Shown piece after piece: positions 46,149 to 57,686 of a stretch of DNA of 64,000 bases. Position 1 is the stretch's first letter; every line of letters begins with the position of its first letter. The stretch is from Macrostomum hystrix (lineage: Eukaryota > Animalia > Platyhelminthes): positions 558,001-622,000 of the forward strand of contig CATNEN010000013.1 of NCBI GenBank assembly GCA_950097015.1, given 5' to 3'. The notes beneath the pieces are model-generated. The model worked only from the letters and a program-made list of their open reading frames with translations. It did no database searches and was not told the DNA's origin. The position numbers and the translations under genes are program-made.

Positions 46149-49100
46149 CTATAGCACCCGTAAAGTAGATGTCCCCGATTCAGGCACGTCTGGTTGGAAG
46201 CTGAATTTTAGCGACACGCTACTATTAGTAGGTTCTGCTTCTGCTGCTTCCGCTGATGCTGCACTGCTGCATTCATAAACTAGCTCGCCGTCAGCGTTCA
46301 ACCCCCTTGTATGGCCCATGCTGGCTAGCCAATCCCTGCGACTGCCGAACCTTGCAGACACGTAGCAGTAAACTGAATGATTCGACTGTGCGCTGGGCGC
46401 AATGATTTCGGAGCCGTCAAGCTTGTCCGTGGACATGTGCACCTCGGATGTCTTCCAGTTGGACCGGCTTGATACAGCTGTGTGTTCGAAATCTTCAATC
46501 TGAGGTCAGGGAAGGCTAATGATGACAGAATGATAAAGAAAGCCTAGACATGAGCATCCCAAACATCATCTGATAGACGGGGATACTTGTGATATATCTG
46601 TGAGATTGGAGTGTTATCTGTGAGATAGGAGTGTTATCTGTGAGATAGGAGTGTTATCTGTGAGATTGCAGTGTTATCTGTGAGATTGCAGTGTTATCTG
46701 TGAGATAGGAGTGTTATCTGTGAGATAGGAGTGCTATCTGTGAGATAGGAGTGTTATCTGTGAGATAGGAGTGTTATCTGTGAGATTGCAGTGTTATCTG
46801 TGAGATTGGAGTGTTATCTGTGAGATAGGAGTGTTATCTGTGAGATAGGAGTGTTATCTGTGAGATAGGAGTGCTATCTGTGAGATTGCAGTGTTATCTG
46901 TGAGATAGGAGTGTTATCTGTGATATTGCAGTGTTATCTGTGAGATTGCAGTGTTATCTGTGAGATTGGAGTGTTATCTGTGAGATAGGAGTGTTATCTG
47001 TGAGATAGGAGTGTTATCTGTGAGATAGGAGTGTTATCTGTGAGATTGCAGTGTTATCTGTGAGATAGGAGTGTTATCTGTGAGATAGGAGTGCTATCTG
47101 TGAGATAGGAGTGTTATCTGTGAGATAGGAGTGTTATCTGTGAGATTGCAGTGTTATCTGTGAGATTGGAGTGTTATCTGTGAGATAGGAGTGTTATCTG
47201 TGAGATAGGAGTGCTATCTGTGAGATTGCAGTGTTATCTGTGAGATAGGAGTGTTATCTGTGAGATTGCAGTGTTATCTGTGAGATTGCAGTGTTATCTG
47301 TGAGATTGCAGTGTTATCTGTGAGATTGGAGTGTTATCTGTGAGATTGGAGTGTTATCTGTGAGATTGGAGTGTTATCTGTGAGATAGGAGTGTTATCTG
47401 TGAGATTGCAGTGTTATCTGTGAGATTGCAGTGTTATCTGTGAGATTGCAGTGTTATCTGTGAGATTGCAGTGTTATCTGTGAGATTGCAGTGTTATCTG
47501 TGAGATAGGAGTGTTATCTGTGAGATTGCAGTGTTATCTGTGAGATTGGAGTGTTATCTGTGAGATTGCAGTGTTATCTGTGAGATTGGAGTGTTATCTG
47601 TGAGATTGCAGTGTTATCTGTGAGATTGGAGTGTTATCTGTGAGATTGCAGTGTTATCTGTGAGATAGGAGTGTTATCTGTGAGATTGCAGTGTTATCTG
47701 TGAGATTGGAGTGTTATCTGTGAGATTGCAGTGTTATCTGTGAGATTGGAGTGTTATCTGTGAGATTGCAGTGTTATCTGTGAGATTGCAGTGTTATCTG
47801 TGAGATTGCAGTGTTATCTGTGAGATTGCAGTGTTATCTGTGAGATTGGAGTGTTATCTGTGAGATTGGAGTGTTATCTGTGAGATTGCAGTGTTATCTG
47901 TGAGATTGCAGTGTTATCTGTGAGATTGGAGTGTTATCTGTGAGATAGGAGTGTTATCTGTGAGATTGGAGTGTTATCTGTGAGATAGGAGTGTTATCTG
48001 TGAGATTGCAGTGTTATCTGTGAGATTGCAGTGTTATCTGTGAGATTGCAGTGTTATCTGTGAGATTGCAGTGTTATCTGTGAGATAGGAGTGTTATCTG
48101 TGAGATTGCAGTGTTATCTGTGAGATTGGAGTGTTATCTGTGAGATTGCAGTGTTATCTGTGAGATTGGAGTGTTATCTGTGAGATAGGAGTGTTATCTG
48201 TGAGATTGGAGTGTTATCTGTGAGATAGGAGTGTTATCTGTGAGATTGCAGTGTTATCTGTGAGATTGCAGTGTTATCTGTGAGATTGCAGTGTTATCTG
48301 TGAGATTGCAGTGTTATCTGTGAGATAGGAGTGTTATCTGTGAGATTGCAGTGTTATCTGTGAGATTGGAGTGTTATCTGTGAGATTGCAGTGTTATCTG
48401 TGAGATTGGAGTGTTATCTGTGAGATTGCAGTGTTATCTGTGAGATTGGAGTGTTATCTGTGAGATTGCAGTGTTATCTGTGAGATAGGAGTGTTATCTG
48501 TGAGATTGCAGTGTTATCTGTGAGATTGGAGTGTTATCTGTGAGATTGCAGTGTTATCTGTGAGATTGGAGTGTTATCTGTGAGATTGCAGTGTTATCTG
48601 TGAGATTGCAGTGTTATCTGTGAGATTGCAGTGTTATCTGTGAGATTGCAGTGTTATCTGTGAGATTGGAGTGTTATCTGTGAGATTGGAGTGTTATCTG
48701 TGAGATTGCAGTGTTATCTGTGAGATTGCAGTGTTATCTGTGAGATAGGAGTGTTATCTGTGAGATTGGAGTGTTATCTGTGAGATTGCAGTGTTATCTG
48801 TGAGATTGCAGTGTTATCTATGAGATAGGAGTGTTATCTATGAGATTGGAGTGTTATCTATGAGATAGGAGTGTTATCTGTGAGATAGGAGTGTTATCTG
48901 TGAGATAGGAGTGTTATCTGTGAGATTGCAGTGTTATCTGTGAGATTGCAGTGTTATCTGTGAGATTGCAGTGTTATCTATGAGATGGGAGTGTTATCTA
49001 TGAGATAGGAGTGTTATCTGTGAAATTGGAGTGTTATCTGTGATATAGGAGTGTTATCTGTGAGATTGGAGTGTTATCTGTGAGATAGGAGTGTTATCTG

Positions 49101-52100
49101 TGAGATTGCAGTGTTATCTGTGAGATTGCAGTGTTATCTGTGAGATAGGAGTGCTATCTGTGAGATTGCAGTGTTATCTGTGAGATAGGAGTGTTATCTG
49201 TGATATTGCAGTGTTATCTGTGAGATTGCAGTGTTATCTGTGAGATTGCAGTGTTATCTGTGAGATTGGAGTGTTATCTGTGAGATTGCAGTGTTATCTG
49301 TGAGATTGCAGTGTTATCTGTGAGATTGCAGTGTTATCTGTGAGATTGCAGTGTTATCTGTGAGATTGGAGTGTTATCTGTGAGATTGCAGTGTTATCTG
49401 TGAGATTGCAGTGTTATCTGTGAGATAGGAGTGTTATCTGTGAGATTGGAGTGTTATCTGTGAGATTGCAGTGTTATCTGTGAGATTGCAGTGTTATCTA
49501 TGAGATAGGAGTGTTATCTATGAGATTGGAGTGTTATCTATGAGATAGGAGTGTTATCTGTGAAATTGGAGTGTTATCTGTGAGATAGGAGTGTTATCTG
49601 TGAGATTGCAGTGTTATCTGTGAGATTGCAGTGTTATCTGTGAGATTGCAGTGTTATCTATGAGATGGGAGTGTTATCTATGAGATAGGAGTGTTATCTG
49701 TGAAATTGGAGTGTTATCTGTGATATAGGAGTGTTATCTGTGAGATTGGAGTGTTATCTGTGAGATAGGAGTGTTATCTGTGAGATTGCAGTGTTATCTG
49801 TGAGATTGCAGTGTTATCTGTAAGATTGGAGTGTTATCTGTGAGATAGGAGTGTTATCTGTGAGATTGGAGTGTTATCTGTGAGATTGGAGTGTTATCTG
49901 TGAGATAGGAGTGTTATCTCTCTATCTCTTCTCTATCTATTTGCAGGGGGGCCCGGGCACTTGTCGCACAAGCGACGGAGCGGCACGCCCCCAGACCGGC
50001 GAACTAGGCGCTTAGCGCCCATCACGCCGCCTTCCCTGAGCAGGCACCACACACAGCAGCACAGACCAGCCGGGGAGGGCAGGAGGCACCCAGAAAAGGC
50101 AGCAGTGCCCCCCACCCCAGCCCCACACGCATAGAGCAGACCAAGCTGATAAGACTTAAGGGGGGACAGGCTGATAAGAAATCAGTCCTCAGGGGGGCGG
50201 GTGATGAGTGTACACTTATCAAATCGCGCTGACGGAAATCCAGAAAGCGCGCGGCGGTGTACACCCGCCCTCCAGCCACCCCCGCAAGGTCTCACGCCCC
50301 AGCGCCAACGCACACAACTCACACAACGCAGAACAGGCACACAGAAGGTAGGAGCGAAGCTATTATTTCAAGCTTTGATTGCACGAAATATGGTGCACCT
50401 CCACCGGTCGCTACTGTCCAAACCCTCCAACAAGTCCCGAAATTAATCGTGACTTAAAGGGAGAATCGAACTAGCGTCCATTGGAGTGCGAGGCTAGCCG
50501 CTGACCCACTCGCCCCTTAGGATTGTTATCTGTGAGATTGCAGTGTTATCTATGAGATAGGAGTGTTAGCTGTAACAAACATATATGTCGCCCGCAATAT
50601 CATGTAGACGGTTGTTACCTAACTATGAGTAGATTGTTACATAATTAAGAATAAAGATCAGGTTAAAAACATTCCCCCGGGTCGCCTGTGAAGTTTCTAA
50701 TTTAAGCTAACAATCATTTCAATTAATCAGAAGCATTCCCTAATAAATAGGGGAAAAAAAAATAACGAATAGATCAACAAACCTCAACATCGTCTACGTC
50801 AGTATTGAAGAACGCAAAACTGTAGATACTCTTGCGAGCCACCAGGTATTTCATGTCGTCAAAATCTGTAATTAATTTTAGCCGCTCGAAAGAAGCCAAA
50901 TTCAAGCCTGAATTTATGTGAACAGGATTTATGTGAAAGGCTCACAGCTTTCACACTGAAGGCTCACAGCTTTCACACTGAAGGCTCACAGCTTTCACAC
51001 TGAAGGCTCACAGCTTTCACACTGAAGGCTCACAGCTTTCACACTGAAGGCTCACAGCTTTCACACTGAAGGCTCACAGCTTTCACACTGAAGGCTCACA
51101 GCTTTCACACTGAAGGCTCACAGCTTTCACACTGAAGGCTCACAGCTTTCACACTGAAGGTTGACAGCTTTCACACTGAAGGCTCACAGCTTTCACACTG
51201 AAGGGTCACAGCTTTCACAATGAAGGCTCACAGCTTTCACACTGAAGGGTCACAGCTTTCACACTGAAGGCTCACAGCTTTCACACTGAAGGTTTACAGC
51301 TTTCACACTGAAGGCTTACAGCTTTCACACTGAAGGTTGACAGCTTTCACACTGAAGGTTGACAGCTTTCACACTGAAGGCTCACAGCTTTCACACTGAA
51401 GGCTCACAGCTTTCACAGTGAAGGTTGACAGCTTTCACACTGAAGGTTGACAGCTTTCAAACTGAAGGCTCACAGCTTTCACACTGAAGGGTCACAGCTT
51501 TCACAATGAAGGCTCACAGCTTTCACACTGAAGGCTCACAGCTTTCACACTGAAGGTTGACAGCTTTCACACTGAAGGTTCACAGCTTTCACAATGAAGG
51601 TTCACAGCTTTCACACTGAAGGCTCACAGCTTTCACACTGAAGGTTCACAGCTTTCACACTGAAGGTTGACAGCTTTCACACTGAAGGCTGACAGCTTTC
51701 ACACTGAAGGTTGACAGCTTTCACACTGAAGGTTGACAGCTTTCACACTGAAGGTTGACAGCTTTCACACTGAAGGCTCACAGCTTTCACACTGAAGGTT
51801 GACAGCTTTCACACTGAAGGTTCACAGCTTTCACACTGAAGGTTGACAGCTTTCACACTGAAGGCTCACAGCTTTCACACTGAAGGCTCACAGCTTTCAC
51901 ACTGAAGGTTGACAGCTTTCACACTGAAGGTTCACAGCTTTCACAATGAAGGTTCACAGCTTTCACACTGAAGGCTCACAGCTTTCACACTGAAGGCTCA
52001 CAGCTTTCACACTGAAGGTTGACAGCTTTCACACTGAAGGTTCACAGCTTTCACACTGAAGGTTGACAGCTTTCACACTGAAGGTTGACAGCTTTCACAC

Positions 52101-55100
52101 TGAAGGTTCACAGCTTTCACACTGAAGGTTGACAGCTTTCACACTGAAGGCTCACAGCTTTCACACTGAAGGGTCACAGCTTTCACAATGAAGGCTCACA
52201 GCTTTCACACTGAAGGGTCACAGCTTTCACAATGAAGGCTCACAGCTTTCACACTGAAGGTTTACAGCTTTCACACTGAAGGCTCACAGCTTTCACACTG
52301 AAGGCTCACAGCTTTCACACTGAAGGTTGACAGCTTTCACACTGAAGGCTCACAGCTTTCACACTGAAGGCTCACAGCTTTCACACTGAAGGTTGACAGC
52401 TTTCACACTGAAGGTTGACAGCTTTCACACTGAAGGCTCACAGCTTTCACACTGAAGGGTCACAGCTTTCACAATGAAGGCTCACAGCTTTCACACTGAA
52501 GGTTGACAGCTTTCACACTGAAGGCTCACAGCTTTCACACTGAAGGTTGACAGCTTTCACACTGAAGGTTGACAGCTTTCACACTGAAGGCTCACAGCTT
52601 TCACACTGAAGGTTGACAGCTTTCACACTGAAGGTTCACAGCTTTCACAATGAAGGTTCACAGCTTTCACACTGAAGGCTCACAGCTTTCACACTGAAGG
52701 TTGACAGCTTTCACACTGAAGGTTCACAGCTTTCACACTGAAGGTTGACAGCTTTCACACTGAAGGTTGACAGCTTTCACACTGAAGGTTGACAGCTTTC
52801 ACACTGAAGGCTCACAGCTTTCACACTGAAGGCTCACAGCTTTCACACTGAAGGTTGACAGCTTTCACACTGAAGGTTGACAGCTTTCACACTGAAGGCT
52901 CACAGCTTTCACACTGAAGGCTCACAGCTTTCACACTGAAGGGTCACAGCTTTCACACTGAAGGCTCACAGCTTTCACACTGAAGGCTCACAGCTTTCAC
53001 ACTGAAGGCTCACAGCTTTCACACTGAAGGCTCACAGCTGTCACACTGAAGGCTCACAGCTTTCACACTGAAGGTTGACAGCTTTCACACTGAAGGCTCA
53101 CAGCTGTCACACTGAAGGCTCACAGCTGTCACACTGAAGGCTCACAGCTTTCACACTGAAGGTTCACAGCTGTCACACTGAAGGCTCACAGCTGTCACAC
53201 TGAAGGCTCACAGCTTTCACACTGAAGGTTCACAGCTTTCACACTGAAGGCTCACAGCTTTCACACTGAAGGCTCACAGCTTTCACACTGAAGGTTGACA
53301 GCTTTCACACTGAAGGTTGACAGCTTTCACACTGAAGGTTGACAGCTTTCACACTGAAGGTTGACAGCTTTCACACTGAAGGTTGACAGCTTTCACACTG
53401 AAGGCTCACAGCTTTCACACTGAAGGCTCACAGCTTTCACACTGAAGGTTGACAGCTTTCACACTGAAGGCTCACAGCTTTCACACTGAAGGTTGACAGC
53501 TTTCACACTGAAGGTTGACAGCTTTCACACTGAAGGTTGACAGCTTTCACACTGAAGGTTGACAGCTTTCACACTGAAGGTTGACAGCTTTCACACTGAA
53601 GGCTCACAGCTTTCACACTGAAGGCTCACAGCTGTCACACTGAAGGCTCACAGCTGTCACACTGAAGGCTCACAGCTGTCACACTGAAGGCTCACAGCTT
53701 TCACACTGAAGGTTCACAGCTTTCACACTGAAGGCTCACAGCTTTCACACTGAAGGCTCACAGCTTTCACACTGAAGGCTCACAGCTTTCACACTGAAGG
53801 TTGACAGCTTTCACACTGAAGGTTGACAGCTTTCACACTGAAGGTTGACAGCTTTCACACTGAAGGTTGACAGCTTTCACACTGAAGGTTGACAGCTTTC
53901 ACACTGAAGGCTCACAGCTTTCACACTGAAGGCTCAGAGCTTTCACACTGAAGGTTGACAGCTTTCACACTGAAGGCTCACAGCTTTCACACTGAAGGTT
54001 GACAGCTTTCACACTGAAGGTTGACAGCTTTCACACTGAAGGTTGACAGCTTTCACACTGAAGGTTGACAGCTTTCACACTGAAGGCTCACAGCTGTCAC
54101 ACTGAAGGCTCACAGCTTTCACACTGAAGGTTGACAGCTTTCACACTGAAGGTTCACAGCTTTCACACTGAAGGCTCACAGCTGTCACACTGAAGGCTCA
54201 CAGCTTTCACACTGAAGGCTCACAGCTGTCACACTGAAGGCTCACAGCTTTCACACTGAAGGTTGACAGCTTTCACACTGAAGGCTCACAGCTGTCACAC
54301 TGAAGGCTCACAGCTGTCACACTGAAGGCTCACAGCTTTCACACTGAAGGTTCACAGCTGTCACACTGAAGGCTCACAGCTGTCACACTGAAGGCTCACA
54401 GCTTTCACACTGAAGGTTGACAGCTTTCACACTGAAGGTTCACAGCTTTCACACTGAAGGCTCACAGCTTTCACACTGAAGGTTCACAGTCCTTAATAAA
54501 ACTCGAGGCTGATATTAGTTGAAAGTGGTACTCAATGAAATGGCAAACTCACAGTCACCAGACTTACCCATGTCCACGTGGCCCTCAATGATGCCACTAC
54601 AAAACTCAATAGATTTTGAGCTTGATTTCTGGAAATATCCCAAAAAAGAAAGACAAACAGTACGGACAATGTCTGTCGCTAAAACTAGCTTAATTTAATG
54701 TCACTTTTTATCATCTGAAATCATCCATCATCTGAAATCATCCATCATCTGAAATCATCCATCATCTGAAATCATCCATCATCTGAATTTTTAGAAAAAA
54801 GTATTTGTTTAAATTTCCTGAAAAACAAGCACTGGTTTATCACAATTGCCAAATTAACTCAGCAGCGAATGAACTCCGCTTTTATAGAAGTTTAGGAAAA
54901 TTCCGACCGATCTAAATCCCAAATCCGAAATCCCAAAATTTGGGATCTAAATCTCGAAATGCGAAATTTTAACCCATTGACTTTTCATGCAACCGAAATC
55001 CTATCTAATCAAATTTCCATCCAACCAAAAACTCCATCTAACCGAAATCTCATCTAACCGAAATCCCATCTAACCAAAATCCCATCTTGCCAAAATCCCA

Positions 55101-55792
55101 TCTAACCAAAATCCCATCTTGCTAAAATCCCATATAACCAAAATCCCATCTTACCAAAATCCCATCTTGCCAAAACTCCATCTAACTAAAATCCCATCTT
55201 GCCAAAATCCCATCTAACCAAAATCCCATCTTGCTAAAATCCCATATAACCAAAATCCCATCTTACCAAAATCCCATCTTGCCAAAACTCCATCTAACTA
55301 AAATCCCATCTTGCTAAAATCCCATCTAACCAAAATCCCATCTTGCCAAAATCCCATCTAACCAAAATCCCGTCTAACCAAAATCCCATCTAACCGAAAT
55401 CCCGTCTAACCAAAATCCCATCTAACCGAAATCCCATCTACCCGAAATCCCATCGAACCGATATCCCATCTAACCGATATCCCATCTAACCTAAGTCCCA
55501 TCTAAGCGAAATTCCTTCTAGCCAAAATTTATGGTTTTCTAGTCAGACTAGTCTAGGCTTTCTAGTCTCTCTAGTCTTTTAATGACATAATTTAGCATGG
55601 CATTGAACTGGGGGTAAATATTAGGCCATGACTCATTCTCACCTCACTCTCCTCTGTCATGTCCTCGGTAGTAGCATCGCTATTCCTTTTTTTTCCGCTC
55701 GTCTTCCGCTTCTGGCAGGGCGCCAACTCCTGACTGTTGGGCAAGTTCAACTGTCCGGCCGGTGGCCTTGCTCGCCGGAAGCAGCGGCGCAT
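46149..55792 (-). CDS. Uncharacterised protein, 4 coding exons, about 214 aa if the ATG at 55792 is the start
   Basis: Exons 55805(ATG 55792)-55643, 54628-54568, 50865-50783 and 46499-46149. Donors GTGAGA, GTAAGT, GTTTGT; acceptors tttcaaacag, atatttccag, aattacag, cctgacctcag. Phases 0/1/0 match and give one continuous frame: ...TEESE|KSSSKSIEFCSGIIEGHVDM D|FDDMKYLVARKSIYSFAFFNTDVDDVE|IEDFEHTAVSS...TLRVL*. Confidence 0.75.
46590..49919. repeat. 20-bp satellite GTGTTATCTGTGAGAT(AGGA/TGCA/TGGA), about 165 units, in the last intron of the orphan gene; resumes at 50524-50570
   Basis: Direct reading; three recurrent unit variants. Confidence 0.98.
49920..50523 (-). mobile_element. 604-bp tRNA-headed SINE (family C) inserted into the 20-bp satellite, with an 8-bp target-site duplication
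   Basis: Minus-strand 5' end ggggcgagtgggtcagcgg...gttcgattctccc (A- and B-box-like); 3' end gcaaatagatagagaagagatagagag. TGTTATCT is duplicated at 49912-49919 and 50524-50531, and the satellite resumes beyond it. Confidence 0.75.
50935..54489. repeat. 22-bp satellite GG(CTC/TTG/TTC/GTC)ACAGCTTTCACACTGAA, about 160 units, intronic in the orphan gene
   Basis: Period 22 (50941 to 50963). Confidence 0.98.
54711..54787. repeat. 17-bp repeat TCATCTGAAATCATCCA, about 4.5 units
   Basis: Direct reading. Confidence 0.85.
54995..55512. repeat. 16-bp repeat CCAAAATCCCATCT(AA/TG), intronic in the orphan gene
   Basis: Period 16 (55081 to 55097). Confidence 0.93.
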
Positions 55793-56049
55793 ATCAGAAT
55801 GCGAACTGTTTGAAAAATTCTAATCAGCGCATTGTAATCATGCTCTTTGTATCTGGGCGATTCTGTCTGTGCTTCCGAAGCATGTTAAAAAAACAATAAG
55901 GCTGAGTTGAAAATAGCCCGCTATTGAAGCTTCTATAGTGATAGTTTATTTTTCGAATGTCTATGGCCAGAATTGTTCGGCAAAAGGCCTTTTCGATTAT
56001 CAAGTTAACCACTTAGCTGCTTGCACTTTTTCACCTCAATAAAGTTAAG

Positions 56050-56215
56050 ACTGAACTCGATCCCGCGGCGAGGCCACACACTTATTCACGAGAAGGCTTG
56101 GGGTTTTGTCGCGCAATTTAGGGCCAATCTCTAAAGCACAATGAGAATGTACACTGCCTGACGATGACGTTTGAGTGTGTGCCCGCGTACAGTATCTAAA
56201 TGCCTGTGTACTCAG
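56050..56215 (+). mobile_element. 5'-truncated, internally deleted SINE family A copy
   Basis: gaactcgatcccgcggcgaggcc...gagaaggcttgggg..ttgtcgcg...gggccaat...tgtacactgcctgacgatga. Confidence 0.7.
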
Positions 56216-56751
56216 GAGAAAGTGGAATGGAAAGAATTGCCCACAACCCTCCTGAAATTATTATTGCAAATATTGTTTTAATTTATTTCAGCAGAACATA
56301 TAAAAGATGAAAGGGAATGAGAACTTCAATCCAAAGTGCAGCACAAAAACTTATTTTGTAATGTTCTGCGGCTATGACTCATCGCTAGTTCTATTTTTAG
56401 CACACAAATAATCCAGCACGTCACGTGACACCATTAAGCCAATCAGGGAGATATAATTCCATTCAGCAAGAGCTTGGAAGTACTGTAGGGTAAATAGTTC
56501 GATTTTTAAGACCTGATAAGGTCTCTAAGACAAGAGTAAAAACTACTGAAATTCTTGAATCGAATATCCAAAATATTCATCCAATCGCCCTAAAAATCCA
56601 GAACACGGGATCCAGACTTGGAAGTTTCCGTTCTATTCGATAAAACAACTTCAAGAATCATAAAACATCGGCATCGTCGGGGTGTCTGGTGGCAAAAACC
56701 ACCAATATAAGCACAATTTTGCTGCGCACAAAATTTCACCATGTAAACATG

Positions 56752-57040
56752 TAAGCTTCAGGTAAGTGTGAAACTTCAGGGAAGTGTGAAACTTCAGGGA
56801 AGTGTGAAACTTCAGGGAAGTGTGAAACTTCAGGGAAGTATGAAACTTCAGGGAAGTGTTAAAACTTCAGGGAAGTGTTAAAACTTCAGGGAAGTGTGAA
56901 ACTTCAGGTAAGTGTGAAACTTCAGGTAAGTGTGAAACTTCAGGTAAGTGTGAAACTTCAGGTAAGTGTGAAACTTCAGGTAAGTGTGAAACTTCAGGTA
57001 AGTGTGAAACTTCAGGTAAGTGTGAAACTTCAGGGAAGTG
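56752..57040. repeat. 18-bp repeat CAGG(T/G)AAGTGTGAAACTT
   Basis: Period 18 (56941 to 56959). Confidence 0.95.
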
Positions 57041-57686
57041 AAACGTCTGGACAGGAAGTTTGTGAGTAGACGATGTAATTAAAGGTAACTTGCAGCCACC
57101 TGAGTTTAACACGCCTCTAAAGTATTAGGCTAGTTGAAATCCCAGTCCCAATATCCCATTTTGGGGATCTGTGCTTTTGCGCAGTATTATCGTACTAACC
57201 GTGAGGCGGCTGACTTTGCAAATGCTAAATTGCGAGGCTGAAGTTGGGGTGCTAAAACCGAAGTTTTAGCCGTTCTAGCCTCCGATCAGCCTATTTAATC
57301 AGTCATAAAACTATATTATTCCCAGTGCACTGTTCCAACCAGACGTAAAATATTGTATCGCATTTTCTCTGAATACAAAAGTAGTAAATTGATCGGACAC
57401 AATGATTTTTTTCTGCTCTCTTTTTTAGTATATATTAATATAGCTTTTTGCAGACCATTTGATCCTTCGAGCATTCGATTTAATCCACAGTAGCAAAATC
57501 CAAGCGTTTCAGGCCAATTTTAAAGTTGTCTATGGCCAAAAGTATGACCATAGAGCAATCGATTTGCTCCTTCGGACACGCATTTAAGCCTCCCTCCACT
57601 GTTTGGTTGTTATCGGTAATGTCGCCCTAGAACACAGACTAGGCAGAATTACCATCAGACGTCAGAGAGCGCAGCAGCTAACACTT

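Noticed and set aside
49940-50010. HDV-like ribozyme (GGGGGGC...GCCCCC...GGCGAAC)
   Set aside because: P1-like pairing exists, but there is no P3/L3 (TCCnCG) segment or P2 partner, and it is on the strand opposite the SINE transcript.
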